From the NCBI GenBank assembly GCA_010356995.1, contig ML996687.1, forward strand, positions 125,803 through 189,802: 64,000 bases of DNA. Reading direction: 5' to 3'. The position numbers and the translations under genes are program-made. The notes beneath the pieces were generated by a model. That model saw nothing but the letters and a program-made list of their open reading frames with translations, ran no database searches and had not been told where the DNA came from. Position 1 is the first letter of the stretch. Every line of letters starts with the position of its first letter. Below are positions 49,511 through 62,223 of the stretch, one piece after another. Origin of the DNA: Trichodelitschia bisporula. Taxonomy: Eukaryota.

Positions 49511-50990
49511 ACGGCGTTCAAAGCCGTGCAGGACCGGGCTGGATGTAGCGTGAGGCAACGGGGGGCACGATTGGGGGCGATGGGGGATGGGGTCACTGGG
49601 AGGGGTGGAAAGAGTCCCTTTCTTCCCTGGTGACTCGGGGATTGTGGGTACGAGGGAGGGCTAGTGGCTTGGGGAGGGGAGTGCGTTGAGGCTATTGAGA
49701 TGGGAGGAGTCGGTTGAGACTATTGAAGTCTTTTTGATTTCGGGATTTGGCGGGGGGGGGTTGAGAAGATGTGGATGTGGAAGATGCTCAGCGTGTGGGG
49801 AGCGGAGGGAACAGCAACAGAATAAAGCCGTGGGTAGTACGGGTACGAACGAGGAATTGCTCAAAAGGCTTTCTTTTCTCGAGCATAAAAAACCCCGCGA
49901 TGTACCAATTCAACCCCCTCTCCCCCTCCAAGCCGTGGCATGCAAGTGGGGTGACGAAAGAAAAGCGCCTCCGACCTCATAAAGCCATCTACCCCGCATT
50001 CAGCCCACCAATGCCTCTTTTCCTCCATCACGCGCACGCCGATTGCTTCCTTTCCACGCAATAACGCGAACTTCCTGTCCGTCTATCGGCGTGCTATGGC
50101 AAGTTAGCAGGATATGACCATCACACCTTAGCACAGCAGCCCAGCACTCCTCAATCGCGCAATTAGCACAAAAGCAAGCGGCCTGACCGTACCGTAACCC
50201 GCCGGACATCGTTTCTCCCCCCTGTCTCGGCCCAGGCTCGCAAACCGCGGGGCATCAAAGGCTTGCACCCAGCGGCATCCCTCGCGAAGTGATATCCGGA
50301 GCCCTCCAAAGCCGCACATCAATTCCACCCCCCTTCCCAGCCTATTACTCCCCCCATCTCACTTTAAACCCAGCGGCAAGCCCGCCGACCCTCCCCACAC
50401 CACCGAATCCGGGGTCCCCGTCCGCCCATCCCCCACACAGCGCCAGATCCGCCGGGGCGTGGCAAAGAACCTCCGAAGCCACGCCTTCCGGCCGCCCGGC
50501 GGGCGAACCCGACACAAGCAGCGAACCGCGGACCACGACACGCGGACCCAGTCCCGCATCACCGATGGCAACACCCGATGCCCTCCCACATCCCTCACTC
50601 CAAGCCGCCCAAGGAACGCCTAATCCCCCCCAACCGCCGAATCCAGCCCGCGCGTCCCTGTCGGACTCCTGTCGGAGGGTCGACTCCGGTGCGCAAGGCT
50701 GCGGTTAGGCGCCCCGCGGCGCTCCTAGGAACACGCTGCCATGCCCGCAGGCCAGAGTACTGTACCTGCAATATGGTATTCTGGGCGCCTGTGCATGCTA
50801 CTGTATTAATGTCGGATTCTCCGTTCAAAGACTGTGGGGGCTATCATTGCGCGCCTTGTGCTCGTACGGTATGCGCCGTCCCATTCTCGCACGACTGCAT
50901 AAGTTACGCCACACCGCAAGCATGCCCATGCACCCCGCTTCTCCCCCGCGCCCGATCATCCCATCGGGGCCAAGCACTGCACTGCACGCC

Positions 50991-51033
50991 CTCCCTTCCC
51001 TTCCCTTCCCTTCCCTTCCCTTCACTTCCCTTC
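50991..51033. repeat. (CCCTT)n microsatellite
   Basis: About 7-8 pentamer units. Confidence 0.9.
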
Positions 51034-51547
51034 ACCCATATCAAACCACCACGACGCCACAGCGCCATATCCCATCGCCCGGCACCCAGTGACGGGAGTC
51101 GCGCGCGCCCTTCTAGCCTTCATCCAGAAGCCGGTCGCGAGGGATAGCCTTACTATGCAACGTCCCCTCCCCCACCACCACGCCAAGCACCGTATATTGC
51201 CCTTAATAGCCGGCGGTAAGATGGCAGAGCGGGGTAAGGGTGAAAGGAAGCCTTAAGGAGTGGTACGAGGCTTGGATGTAGGATTTGGGGGAGTTTGGGC
51301 TGCGCGGATGGGGCTAGAGGCGGGGTACGGCGTCCCGCGGCGTGCTGGTCATGGACTAGAGGGGGGAGATGCAGCCCTATCGAGGCCGAGATGATTGCCT
51401 GGGGAACGGATATAGATCGTGCAACGCGGTTAGAGCGGTGGGACCTTGGACGTTGCACGGCGACGCGAGGTGGTTGGTCATCCCGCGCTGTCTTTGTTGC
51501 GTCCTGGGTCTGTACTCCGAACCCGACCTTCTGAAGAGTAAGGCTTA

Positions 51548-51720
51548 ACACGTGCAAGGCAACTGTGCAAACTGAAGATTGAAGCAAAGACGAAGAGAGG
51601 AAGAGAGGAAGAGAGGAAGAGACTCTCAAGAATGAATACGCGTTAATGCTAAGCATTCTACTATGCGCACATTACATCATGTCCCTTCCTCGGATAAGAC
51701 TGCTCCTTTCGTGTCTACAT
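51548..51720. repeat. Dispersed repeat, copy 1 (similar to 60478-60650)
   Basis: ACGTGCA…ACTGTG.AAACTGAA…CGAAGAGAGGAAGAGACTCTC.AG…GAATAC…ATGC.AAG.AT shared by both copies. Confidence 0.75.
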
Positions 51721-52000
51721 TACCTTCCACCGTCCGGTCATAGGAAGGTTGATGAGCTTCAACTAAGGAGCGACGATGTCTACGGTCTATGGCCGAGCAG
51801 AGCTTCGTGCAGAAATAGAAGTGCCAGCGACACCTTAGCGTATAAGAAACGACGATCTGCTTCATGTAGACCGTCTTTTCCCAACCGCTAAAGTATCAAT
51901 GGCTCTACTACTTCCACACAAAGCCCCACAAGAACCCAACCCATTACATTACCTCAGCGCTCTCAACCCCCAAAAAATGCAACCCATCCACAAAACCCAT

Positions 52001-53692
52001 CTACCACTCCCTCACCAACTTAAACCCCCCAGGCACCTGCCTCTGAAACACCCTCCTCGGATCATACTTCCTCGCCACCCTCCCCAAAAACTCCGCACTC
52101 TCCTCCCCATACCCCCTCACCGGATCCTGAAACCTCGCGGCGTAATTCAGATACAAATACGGAGAATCAACTTCCATCTCCTCCGCCTTCTTCCTCGCAT
52201 CCGCAAACATCGCCTCCGCTGCCGCCTCCACCGTAGCATCATCCGCGGCGCTCTCCCACGTCGCCGTCAGCAGCACAAGAATCAAATCCTCCTCCTCCTC
52301 CTCAAGCCCCAACGCATTCCCGCCGCTCCTTTTCGCAAACCCCGTAACCGCCCTACTCAGCGCCTGGTAACTCATACTAAACCGCAGCCCCTGCACGGCC
52401 GCCAGCCCCGTCGCCGTGGCATTCCCGATTTGAAAGAAAGCCTCCATGTACTCCGCGCTATTAACATGCGTCAACGTGACGAACAGCTGTCTATCGCCCG
52501 CCGGATTCGTCTCCGCCATCTGCAGCGTCAGCGCCGTCAAACTCGCCGGCTTGACATCCAGCGTCGTGCCCGGCATGTTCAGCGCCGGGGCTAGAATCGC
52601 AGGCGTGCTGTTGACCGGCCGCGTGTAGTGCACGTTGCTGGTTACGAACCAGCTACCCAGCTGCTGCAGGTACGTGTAGCTGTGGATCCAGGCGCTCGCG
52701 GGGTCCGCCGTGTTCGCAGTGTAATTGGCGAAGTATGCGAATAGTGCCGGGCGTTGCGAAATGTCGTGGAAGGCCATACCGCCCCACATCATGCCCAACG
52801 GGAACGCGGCGAGGTCAAACCGCGTCACGATGCCGAAGTTGCTCGACCCGCCCTTGAGCGCGCGGAAGAGATTCCGATTCGTGTTCGCGTTCGCGTTGAC
52901 CACCGCCCCCGAAGCGAGCACAACCTGGAAATTGACCACCGCATCAGCAACGAACCCGCGCTCGCGGCTGAAGAACGATATCCCACCTAAGCCGTGCCAT
53001 TAGCTTCCTCTTTTGAAAAACGGAACACGGCACGCACCACCGGTAACCAACCCCCCCACCCCCACCGTCGCCACCCTCCCCCCACTCACACCCAGCCCCA
53101 CAGCATCGAGCTTGGAATACACATCCGCCCAGCGGTTTCCCGGGCCCACGGCTACGGTCTTGCGGTCTGGGGACGGGTCGACTTGTTTTAGGTCGGATAG
53201 GTCGATGGTTACGCCGCCTTGTAGGCTGGCCCAGCCGGGGATCGGTGTATGCCTGGACAATCAGCCTTGTCCCAATTTCCAATCCTCGGAACTCACCCCC
53301 CACTCCGCACCGCAAACGGCACCCTCCCCGCCCACCCCGCCGGCGCCTCCTTCGCCGGAACTGCTTCCCCCTCCGCCATCCCCACTCCCTTCGCATTCTT
53401 CCTCCACCCTCCCTGCCCCCACCCGCCCAACCCATAATACGGCCCCCCACGATACGGCCCCGGTCCACCGCGTCCCCACCGCGGCCCGCCCGGGTACTCG
53501 TAATGCCCTTGCTTTGAGCGCGGGCGTGGCTGCGCTGAATACCCATCGGCATCATCCCTCTCCCCCCCACCAGTCAAAATCCTTACCGCAGTCGCAACAT
53601 CCGCCGCGCTGGCGGGGACGACAAAGCACGCGGGCGCGACTTCCTGCACTTGCTTCGCCCAGTAGGAGGACTGTTGGGATGCGTAGCGGGTG

Positions 53693-53741
<49 letters not shown>

Positions 53742-53892
53742 GCTTATTGAAAAGGGGAGGTGGATGGAGGGGGGGCGAACGTACAGCTGCAGCAACGCTC
53801 GCGGGATCGGCTACCACCGGCCCCTGAGGCCGGGCCGCGTCGTCGGCGGCCACCACGGCGGCCAGGCCCAAGGGTAACCAGTGAAGGCGCAT
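52001..53892 (-). CDS. Secreted FAD-linked oxidoreductase (BBE/VAO-type FAD_binding_4), multi-exon
   Basis: Signal peptide MRLHWLPLGLAAVVAA; PACFVVP.SA.DVA, FAVRSGG|H (covalent-FAD His), GGRVATVGVGGL, LFRALKGGSSNFGIVTRFD, YLNYA…KYDP..VFQ. Confidence 0.9.
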
Positions 53893-55541
53893 ATCGGCTA
53901 ACTCGGCTCTAACGAGGGACTCGGCACACAAGGAAGGACTTTTGCAAAGAATGGACGCGGGCAGCACAGCACACCACCGGCAACTTCCGCACAGGGGAGC
54001 AATCAACCGCACGTGGAAGCAAGGTAACCACGGAAGAGAAGCGAATGAAGTCTCGTACGCGCCACCGTGACTGGCAGGTGCTGTCATCTTAAGCACGCTG
54101 AATGGGGCGGTTGGCTCGCTTGGTAATTAGCCCGGCGGCTGCTACGCGGCGGTAGTGCGTGCCGTGGGCCGCGCAGACGATGGACTCGCACATATTGATG
54201 TGCGCCTGCGGGCGGGATTTGATGAGGGCGGGTGTACCTGTACATCCCTGGTGTTGTACGTGTGCGCGCTTCGGCTGAGGAGGTGCCGAGCTAGTGTAAT
54301 ATCGACACACGCGAGGGGAGTGGGGTTAAGTGGAGTGAGATGCTGGAAGTGGTTTGCGATGCTAGGGCCTTGGCTGAGATTGGGCTGGTGCTTGACACTG
54401 ATAGCGGCTGCGGCTGCGGGTATCTGGTATGTGCGTAGACGCGCAGACTGCTGCGCCGCCGAGTTGACTTTCCCATGAGCATGTTGTTGAGATGCAAAGG
54501 CCAGTCTGCCGGTCAGCACATGTCATCCCGAACGCCCCCCGGAGCCCTCGCGTCCCGGTATCACTGCCGGTCCTTCCTGCACGCTGCAAGCGAGGTAGGG
54601 CCCCAGGCCCCTCATCCCTCAGAACCACATGTCGTACGCCCGCTTTCCAACCAGGCTAGCACAGGTGCTATAAACAGCGCTGTATAGGGCAGGCAACAGG
54701 CTTCGACGGAATGGGCCGGAACAAGTGCCTCGCCAGGCCAAGGATGTGTCGATGTCCCACCCCAGCCTTGCCAAGGCACTGGGCTGGCCTTGTCTGTGCG
54801 CGCCTTGCGGCTCCTAACTTGAGACGCGGCGCAATGAATCGGGCTTTCAGGTCTGGCGTTGGGGGATATTGCTGGGCACGGTTGTTGTGTAGCGTCTTGT
54901 GGCCGTTGGAGGCGTCGATGTAGCTTCTGTGCGGATTCTTCGTCGTACGTCGATGTGCTGCTGAGACTGACGTTCTTATCAGACCAGCCTCCGCGAAACC
55001 GGACAGGGACTGGGGATGCTGCAAGCACCTCACCACCCCCCGGGCCCCCCTCACGTCATAGCCGAAGCCGCGGTACGTTCTCCGCTTCATATCTCGGGCA
55101 CGTCACGCGTGGCCGCGAGCCACCGTGATCGTCCTCGGGATGTACCAACGCCAGGCCCGCACGATTCGCCCTCATATCACATCGTATCCGAACCCCGGAC
55201 CTGCCGTTCTGGGTCCCACGCCTGGCCGCCCATCGAGTATGGATGCAATATGCGCGGGCCCGCCCGTGATAAGCCTGTATCGAACGCACCCCGTCCAGCA
55301 CCCGTGCATTCCCCGAAAGCGCTCTCCCATTCCCAACGCACCCCATAACGAGGAGGAAATGCACCTTCTCTGCTCGAATCCCTATCCCTAGCCCACATGC
55401 AAGGCGCCGTCAACGGCCGTGACTCGCGCCCCCACCATGGTGCTGGATTATCTTGGATTATAACCCGTCGAGAGAAGAGGTATCAAGCGTTCGAACGGTC
55501 TTGACCAGAATTGAGGGGCGCCGCTCCCACCGCTTCTCGCC

Positions 55542-56908
55542 ATGTCGGTCAACTACCGGCTGCACCCGGCGAAAGTCAACAAGACGCAGTTGCTGGCGAC
55601 GACATGGACGATGGCCAGCGTGGCCACGGTCTTCTTCATTGCGCGGATGGTAGTGCGGATCAAGTACTCACGCGCCGTTTTCGTGGACGATGCCTTGGCA
55701 TGCTTCGCGCTCGTGTGCCTCATCGCCAACGCCATCGTCATCACGCTCATGTGTCCGATGATGTATGCGACGCTACAACTGGCAAGCCTGGGCCTCGGCC
55801 GGCGAGCGAACCTGTTCGACGACGTTATTCTGTACATGCGGTACCAGTTCTCGTCGACGCTTCTCTTCTGGACCTGTATCTGGCTCGTCAAGGCCAGCTT
55901 CCTCGCCTTCTTCAAGCGCCTGACGCTCAATCTGAAGGCGCACACGATTGCCTGGTGGGTCATCGCCGGCCTGACCATTGCGGGCTATGCCGGATCCGTC
56001 ATTTCCTATCCGCTATCGTGTAGTTCGTTCAACGACGCTCGTAAGTCCATCCATCCATCCATGAAAAACGACTTACGCGACCAGTGGCCTGCGAGCACCC
56101 ATACAACATCCGCATCGCTATAATCTCTCTCCGTCTCAGCACCGCGCTCGACATCGCCACCGACGCCCTAATCATCGCCTTACCAATGTCACTTGCCTGG
56201 CGCGTACGCCTCCCCTTCCGCACGCGCCTTGCCCTAAGCGGCGTCTTCGCCCTCGGCGGCTTCATCGTGCTCTTTGCCATCATCCGCGTCATCGTCACCG
56301 ACACCAAAACCTCACGTCCCGAAGTCTCATGGCTGAACCTATGGTCAGCCATCGAGTCATCCATCGCCGTGATCGTGTGCAACCTCGCGCCCTTCAAGAC
56401 GCTCTTCACGGGCCGCATGGCGGCCTACACCAGCAACCCCTACCAGTACAACCGGCAGTATCCGCGGCGCGAGAAGCAGTCCTCGACCAACCAGCTCAGC
56501 AGCTCGCCCAAGTCGCACGCGCAGTCGCACTCGCGCTCACTGTCACACTCGCAGTCGCCGATGACGCGGGATGGGGCTGAGCCGGGGGAGCGGACGCCGG
56601 GGCGGGACGATGTGGGCCGCAGCAAGTCGAGGCGGGCGGGCGGCGTGTATCCGAAGCGCGGATTGCATACCCATGTGTCGTCGATACCGCTCACTGATCG
56701 ACCGCAGGAGCATAGGCAGGGAGCTATCATTGTGACGAGAGAGGTGAATCGCAGGGAGATTCCGGCCGATCAGCTTACTATTGATACGGAGAGGTCGATC
56801 GGGGAGAAGGAGGGCGCGAGGACGATGTGGACGGATCAGCAGAGTGTGGAGTCGGCTGAGATGATACTACCGTCTACGCATTCCTCCAGCCATGTACATA
56901 ACAGATAA
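55542..56908 (+). CDS. PTH11-like integral membrane protein (fungal rhodopsin-type domain, no CFEM; intron 56041-56084)
   Basis: R..VR…DD, WLVKASFLAFFKRL, DIATDALIIALPM, F.LG.F…AIIR, WSAIESSIAVIVCNL. Confidence 0.88.
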
Positions 56909-57273
56909 TTGGGTCATTTTGGGTATTGGGTATTCTGCTTTGATATTTGGAAGGTTTAGTCGATAGAGGGCGGCGCATGATGGGTTGGATTGATACCGCG
57001 CATACTTATGATTTTAGTTAGCAACTTCTTGAACTCAATTTTGTGAAGCGTGTCCAGTCATTCCCTTAATAACTGAAAGGGAGATCTTGTGGTAAAAAGA
57101 ATAAAGATCGTAGCATCGATTCTCAGCCAACTCGAAAGCGCTCGATAGGAGTTTGGAGGCCAGGCAGCTCAAGGCGGGAGGCGTCCGCGGAACCCGGCAG
57201 AACAACCCGCCGGCTTTTCCTCGACCGCATTCAACCTTCAAGGTCAACCGAAGAATTGTCGCTATCACCATTG

Positions 57274-60200
57274 ATGCTCTCCGCAGCCTCCAAAACTCGA
57301 ATGAACGTCCCTCCAACCCGATCCGCAGCATCGGTCTACCGAGCCGCGCTCCAACCGCCCAGAATCCACCCGCAACGCTTCCCATTCCATTCTTCGGCAA
57401 CCCATCGCTCAGCCACAGAGCCCGATGCCCCTCCTTCGAATACCACCGCGCCCAGCGCGCCAAAGACCGAGTCCGCTGCACCGGAAGCGGCAAATGCAGG
57501 AAATAATACCGCTGAGACGAACACCGTCCCTGTCGAAGAACAGTTAAAGCGGGCACGAAGAGAGATATCGCAGTACTCCGCCCGACTAGAACGACTCAAT
57601 GGCGCCCGCGGCCGGCGCACACGCCGCACGCGGCAAGAAACCGCAGAAGTGTCCACAAAAGTACTCCCAGACTGGTTCTACACCCGGAACGTCAAGCTCA
57701 ACGACGGATCCCTCCGCGACGTGACCATCCCCGAACTCGGACCGCACTTCCTCCCCGACTTTCAAGGTGTGCGCTATCAAGAACAAGCTATCGCCCCCAG
57801 CGAACGGCAGCGCGTAAAACTAGGCATCATCCCGCATCCTACCCTCCCAGAGCCCTTGGAAGTGAGCCTGGACCACTCTGTGTATCTGGAAATATGCGCT
57901 ATTATAGCGGCTAGCTTTGCGATTGCGAAGAGCGGCGCGCCTATCTCGTTCCCTGTGTCGAAGACGAATCTAGCGCTGTATTGTTCGGCGGAGGGGAGCG
58001 AGGCGTTCCTCGACGTCATTGTCCAGACGGTGGCGGCGGATTCGGGCGCGGACGTCCTCCGCCTCGACGCGCAGGATATTGCCGAGCTCAGCGCCTATTA
58101 TCTGCCTGAAGGCCCAAAGGTCGCAGTCCAGACGGTGCGCAGTTTGGGGTTTGATACGTACAACCAGCAGCGGCGCGATGAGGAAGAGCAAGAGGAGGAG
58201 GACGAGGAGGACGAGCCGGAGTACGGGAGAAGCCCCTTCCAAGACGCGTTCCAGGGACTGGGCAAGGCTTTTGTCGTCGAGCGCCCGGCGTTCAAGCGCC
58301 CGGCTGGACACATGCCTAGGGATAAGCAAAAGGTGGAATTTCAGAATGCTGGCGGGTTCTTCGTGTCGGAGGACTTGCCTACTGCGAAATCGGCGGCGGA
58401 AAATGCGGACCTGGCGAGGTTCTTGGACTCGCTCATCGAGGCCGTCCATATGAAGAGAAAAGAGGTAGGCCAGGGGCATAGCGCTTCCGCTACCAAAGAC
58501 GACGTGCCTGCCTCGCCGCCGGCCGTGGAGGTCACCGAAGAAGTCTCGCCGCCATCCGAAGCAGTAAAGCCTACGGACACTCAGGCAGATACGCCCGCAC
58601 CGCGTGCCGCCGAACAACAAGACCCCAGCCTCATCGTCTACATCCCCGACCTCATGAATATGGTGTCCGCCCCCATCGGCGACCGCCTCCTGGAAGCACT
58701 ATCCGACGTCGTCAGCCGGCGACGCAAATCCGGCGAGCAAATCATGATCATGGGCACAAGCAGCGACCCCGACCTAGCGCGCGACGGACAAGACGCGCAA
58801 CGCCTCCTGCACACCGCAAACGAAGGTTCGCTGTACCACAGCATCTACCTGCCCTCCACGCTCCTCGCTCCCCCGCCCGACACCGCGCTCACCCTCACGG
58901 ACCTCGACCCCGCCTCCACGCCGTACTACTACAACGGGCACTCCGCGCTGCGTCCCGTCCGTGGCTCAATCTTCGACCATCTCAAAGCGCAGCGCGTGGC
59001 GCAAATAAACACACGCCACATCGCGGATATGCTCGCGCGGCTGTACCCGAGCCACATGGCCTTCTCCCCCAGCAAACCCCTCGTCCTCCCACCCGCTATC
59101 ATATCCGGTTTCGCATTAGATACCCGCATCCTAAAACAAGAAGAAGCGCACCACATCGCCCTCGCCGCCATCGGGACCCACGCTTCGAACCCCACCACGC
59201 CCTACATCGAAGACACAGACATAATCAGCGCCCTCGCCGTCCTCCGCGATTCCGACACAGCCCGGCGCTGGTCCGCCCGCCCCCCCTCCACCCCCGAGTC
59301 CCTCCCCACCACCCCCAACACCCCACGTGGGCCCGACCTCACCGCCCTAAAAGCCTCCTGCAACACGTACGAGAAACGTCTGCTGCCCGGGATAATCCCC
59401 CCCTCCAGCATTCGCACCACCTTTTCCGACGTACACGTCGCCCCCGCGACAATCTCCGCCCTCAAACTCCTCACCTCCCTCTCCCTAACCCGCCCCGACG
59501 CATTTACCTACGGCGTGTTACGCACTGATTCCATCCCCGGCCTCCTCCTCTACGGCCCCCCCGGCAACGGCAAAACCCATCTCGCAAAAGCCGTCGCCGC
59601 CTCCAGCGGCGCAACCATGCTCTCCGTCAGCGGGAGCGAGATAAACGACATGTACGTCGGCGAGTCGGAAAAAAACGTCCGGGCTATCTTTACGCTGGCG
59701 CGCAAACTAGCCCCCTGCATCGTGTTCATCGACGAGGCGGACTCGATATTTGCGTCCCGCGGGGAGTCGAGGGCGAGGCCGAGTCATAGGGAGACTATAA
59801 ACCAGTTTCTGAAGGAGTGGGATGGGATGAGTGAGCGCGCTGTTTTTCTGATGGTAGCGACGAATAGGCCGTTCGATCTCGATGACGCGGTGTTGAGACG
59901 CTTGCCGCGGAGACTACTCGTCGATCTCCCCACCCAGACCGACCGCGAAGCCATTCTGCGCATCCATCTCGGCGCCGAAAAGCTCGACCCAGCCGTGAGT
60001 ATCGCAGACCTTGCAGCCCAAACGCCCTTCTACTCCGGCTCGGACCTCAAGAACATAGCCGTCGCCGCCGCGCTCGCGGCTGTCAAGGAGGAGAGCGAGG
60101 CCGCCGAGCAGGCCGCGGCGAAAGGGGAAGCGTATACGTTTCCGGAGAGGAGAGTGTTGTGTCCAAGACACTTTGAACATGCGCTCGGTCAGATTAGCGC

Positions 60201-60345
60201 GAGTGTGGGCGAGGACATGCAGTCCCTGGCCGCGATACGCAAGTTCGATGAGCAGTATGGGGAGAGGAGGGGACGGAGGGCAAGGAGGGCTTGGGGGTTT
60301 GGACAGCATGTGGTTAAGGAGGAGGCGGCGAGGGTGCGGACGTAG
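57274..60345 (+). CDS. AAA+ ATPase of the Msp1/spastin group with long N-terminal extension, probably mitochondrial
   Basis: Arg-rich presequence; Walker A GPPGNGKT, pore loop MYVGESEK, Walker B VFIDEAD, SRH ATNRPFDLDDAVLRRL. Confidence 0.92.
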   Translation: MLSAASKTRMNVPPTRSAASVYRAALQPPRIHPQRFPFHSSATHRSATEPDAPPSNTTAPSAPKTESAAPEAANAGNNTAETNTVPVEEQLKRARREISQYSARLERLNGARGRRTRRTRQETAEVSTKVLPDWFYTRNVKLNDGSLRDVTIPELGPHFLPDFQGVRYQEQAIAPSERQRVKLGIIPHPTLPEPLEVSLDHSVYLEICAIIAASFAIAKSGAPISFPVSKTNLALYCSAEGSEAFLDVIVQTVAADSGADVLRLDAQDIAELSAYYLPEGPKVAVQTVRSLGFDTYNQQRRDEEEQEEEDEEDEPEYGRSPFQDAFQGLGKAFVVERPAFKRPAGHMPRDKQKVEFQNAGGFFVSEDLPTAKSAAENADLARFLDSLIEAVHMKRKEVGQGHSASATKDDVPASPPAVEVTEEVSPPSEAVKPTDTQADTPAPRAAEQQDPSLIVYIPDLMNMVSAPIGDRLLEALSDVVSRRRKSGEQIMIMGTSSDPDLARDGQDAQRLLHTANEGSLYHSIYLPSTLLAPPPDTALTLTDLDPASTPYYYNGHSALRPVRGSIFDHLKAQRVAQINTRHIADMLARLYPSHMAFSPSKPLVLPPAIISGFALDTRILKQEEAHHIALAAIGTHASNPTTPYIEDTDIISALAVLRDSDTARRWSARPPSTPESLPTTPNTPRGPDLTALKASCNTYEKRLLPGIIPPSSIRTTFSDVHVAPATISALKLLTSLSLTRPDAFTYGVLRTDSIPGLLLYGPPGNGKTHLAKAVAASSGATMLSVSGSEINDMYVGESEKNVRAIFTLARKLAPCIVFIDEADSIFASRGESRARPSHRETINQFLKEWDGMSERAVFLMVATNRPFDLDDAVLRRLPRRLLVDLPTQTDREAILRIHLGAEKLDPAVSIADLAAQTPFYSGSDLKNIAVAAALAAVKEESEAAEQAAAKGEAYTFPERRVLCPRHFEHALGQISASVGEDMQSLAAIRKFDEQYGERRGRRARRAWGFGQHVVKEEAARVRT

Positions 60346-60477
60346 ATGTTGGTTGGATGTAGAGAGATATGGTAGCTCTTGTAATAACATGACTATGACG
60401 TGGAATCTCCTGTTCCGTAGCCCCGCTTGGGAGTCGAGTACAAGTGCCCGAGGGGGATATGGGAGGAGAGGCTCATT

Positions 60478-60650
60478 TACGTGCAGAGGCGACTGTGGAA
60501 ACTGAAACTGAAGTAAATGGCGAAGAGAGGAAGAGACTCTCGAGGCTTGAATACATTATGCCAAGTATCCTCCTTTGATCCTTTTTTCCATCATACTCTA
60601 ATTACAGTATGACCCTCCTTTACATAGAATGCTCTTTCCTGATATATCAA
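60478..60650. repeat. Dispersed repeat, copy 2 (similar to 51548-51720)
   Basis: Same orientation and shared cores as copy 1. Confidence 0.75.
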
Positions 60651-61186
60651 TGCTCCTGCCTTATATCCACAGCAGGAGGAGACTGCGGCAGGTATGGAGT
60701 CACATACTCCGGCCCCCATTGGCCTTGCAGCTAACCTTCCTCAAGGTTCTCAATACCGGTGCCGAGTAGGGCGAATATGACAGAATCCGGAGCTTCAGAC
60801 TTTACTAGGTCGTGCCTCCTGATACGGAACTCAAGCCCTGTTGTCTCAACGTACCTGTTCCGAGTCTCGTTAAAAGCTCGCCGACGTCCAAATGTACTAA
60901 GGGGCCATCGTGACCCCGAAATTTCGTTTCAAGGTCTCAACCGCTGGAAGATACACGGATTCACCTTTGTACCGTATATCCATCAAAAGGGTCGTCATAA
61001 AGATACCGTCAAAATCTCCGCGTTACTCGCCTTGACCCTCAATGGCCTATGAGCCAACCTCCCTCAAGCTCTCACTTCCGGTGCCAGGTCCCGCGTTCCC
61101 GCGACACCATCCCGTCGTTCCAGATCTTCCCAAAGCCAGACTCTCCGCTGCCCATCTTGAATTCAATAGCTTCAATTTCACCACAT

Positions 61187-62223
61187 CTACTTCCCATCCA
61201 CGCTCCCCGCCGCCACATCCCCCGCCCACTCCCTCCACCCCCGTCCCAGCACCTCCTCCACCCCAACCAACCCCTTCGCAGCCGTACTCATCTTCCTCTC
61301 CTTTCCCCCCGCCCCCGGCCCCGTATTCGCATACTCATAAAACAGCGGCTTCGCATCCTTCGCCATCGGGCCCCACCCGCTCTTGCTCACCACGTCGCCG
61401 AGCACGCATTCTTGGAACATAACCCGCGCGTGCACCCGCCACGGCCGACCTAGCAGCACGCGTCCCTTTAAATCTTCCTTGCCTTCGATTTTTGATTTGG
61501 AGATTACGATCCAGGCGGGGTCGGAGGGGGTGGAGCGGCCAGAGGCGGTGATGGCGCCGGAGCCTGTGGATGTGAGCACGCTGTGCGAAATCCACACTGA
61601 TGCCATGCCGAAGATATAGTCTACGGCTCCGGTGATGTGCGAGGATGTGTAGAGCTGTGTGCCCGCGCGCGCGTACAGCGTGTCTTGGTACGAAGACAGT
61701 GCCACGCCGTGGTACACATGCGTGCCGGTTGCAGACAACCTACCTGGGTTAGCCGGCGCTGGCAAGCGTCCAGAGGGTGCAAGAAGGACACCCACGCAAC
61801 CGCCTGCTTCCCCTTCCCATACCCATTCCTAACATTCACATTATACATCGCAAAGTGCGGGACATCCACATGCAGCGTCGCACTCGCAATCAAGCTCCCC
61901 GCATCCGGCGAACTGAGGGTATTTGTCAAGGTCGCGGTGTTTGCGCGGAAGTCGGACGTGTCCGATGTGGAGCCGTAGATGGTGAGCAGGGCTGTGCGGC
62001 TGGTGATGTTCGTTTGCCCGGCGTAGGTGCCGGGGTGGAGGAAGATGCAGGATTGCCGGGAGGGCGGGAGGGCGGCGAGACCGGCGGTGAGGGTTTTGTG
62101 GGCCTGGGTGGGCCCGACGGACAAGCAGCCAGGGGGTGGGGTGAGGCGGGATTTGGTGCTTTGGCGGGGGAGGAGGGTTGAGGATGTTGGGGGGAGGAGG
62201 AGAAGGAGGGGGAGAAGGAGCAT
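61187..62223 (-). CDS. Secreted pectin methylesterase (CE8; intron 61740-61795)
   Basis: Signal peptide; IF..PGTY, QAVA|L, YQDTLY, GAVDYIFG, LGRPW, FYEYANTGPGA. Confidence 0.93.

Noticed and set aside
53695..53738. 44-nt poly-G run (apparent poly-Pro or G-quadruplex)
   Set aside because: It sits where an intron acceptor and exon start are expected and missing; most likely a low-quality or collapsed assembly of C-rich sequence
46788..56908. ACS + FAD oxidase + PTH11-like as a secondary-metabolite cluster
   Set aside because: No backbone enzyme (PKS, NRPS or terpene synthase); the ACS is the canonical primary-metabolism enzyme
59551..59580. Walker A GPPGNGKT as a defective variant
   Set aside because: The same sequence occurs in active spastin-family ATPases
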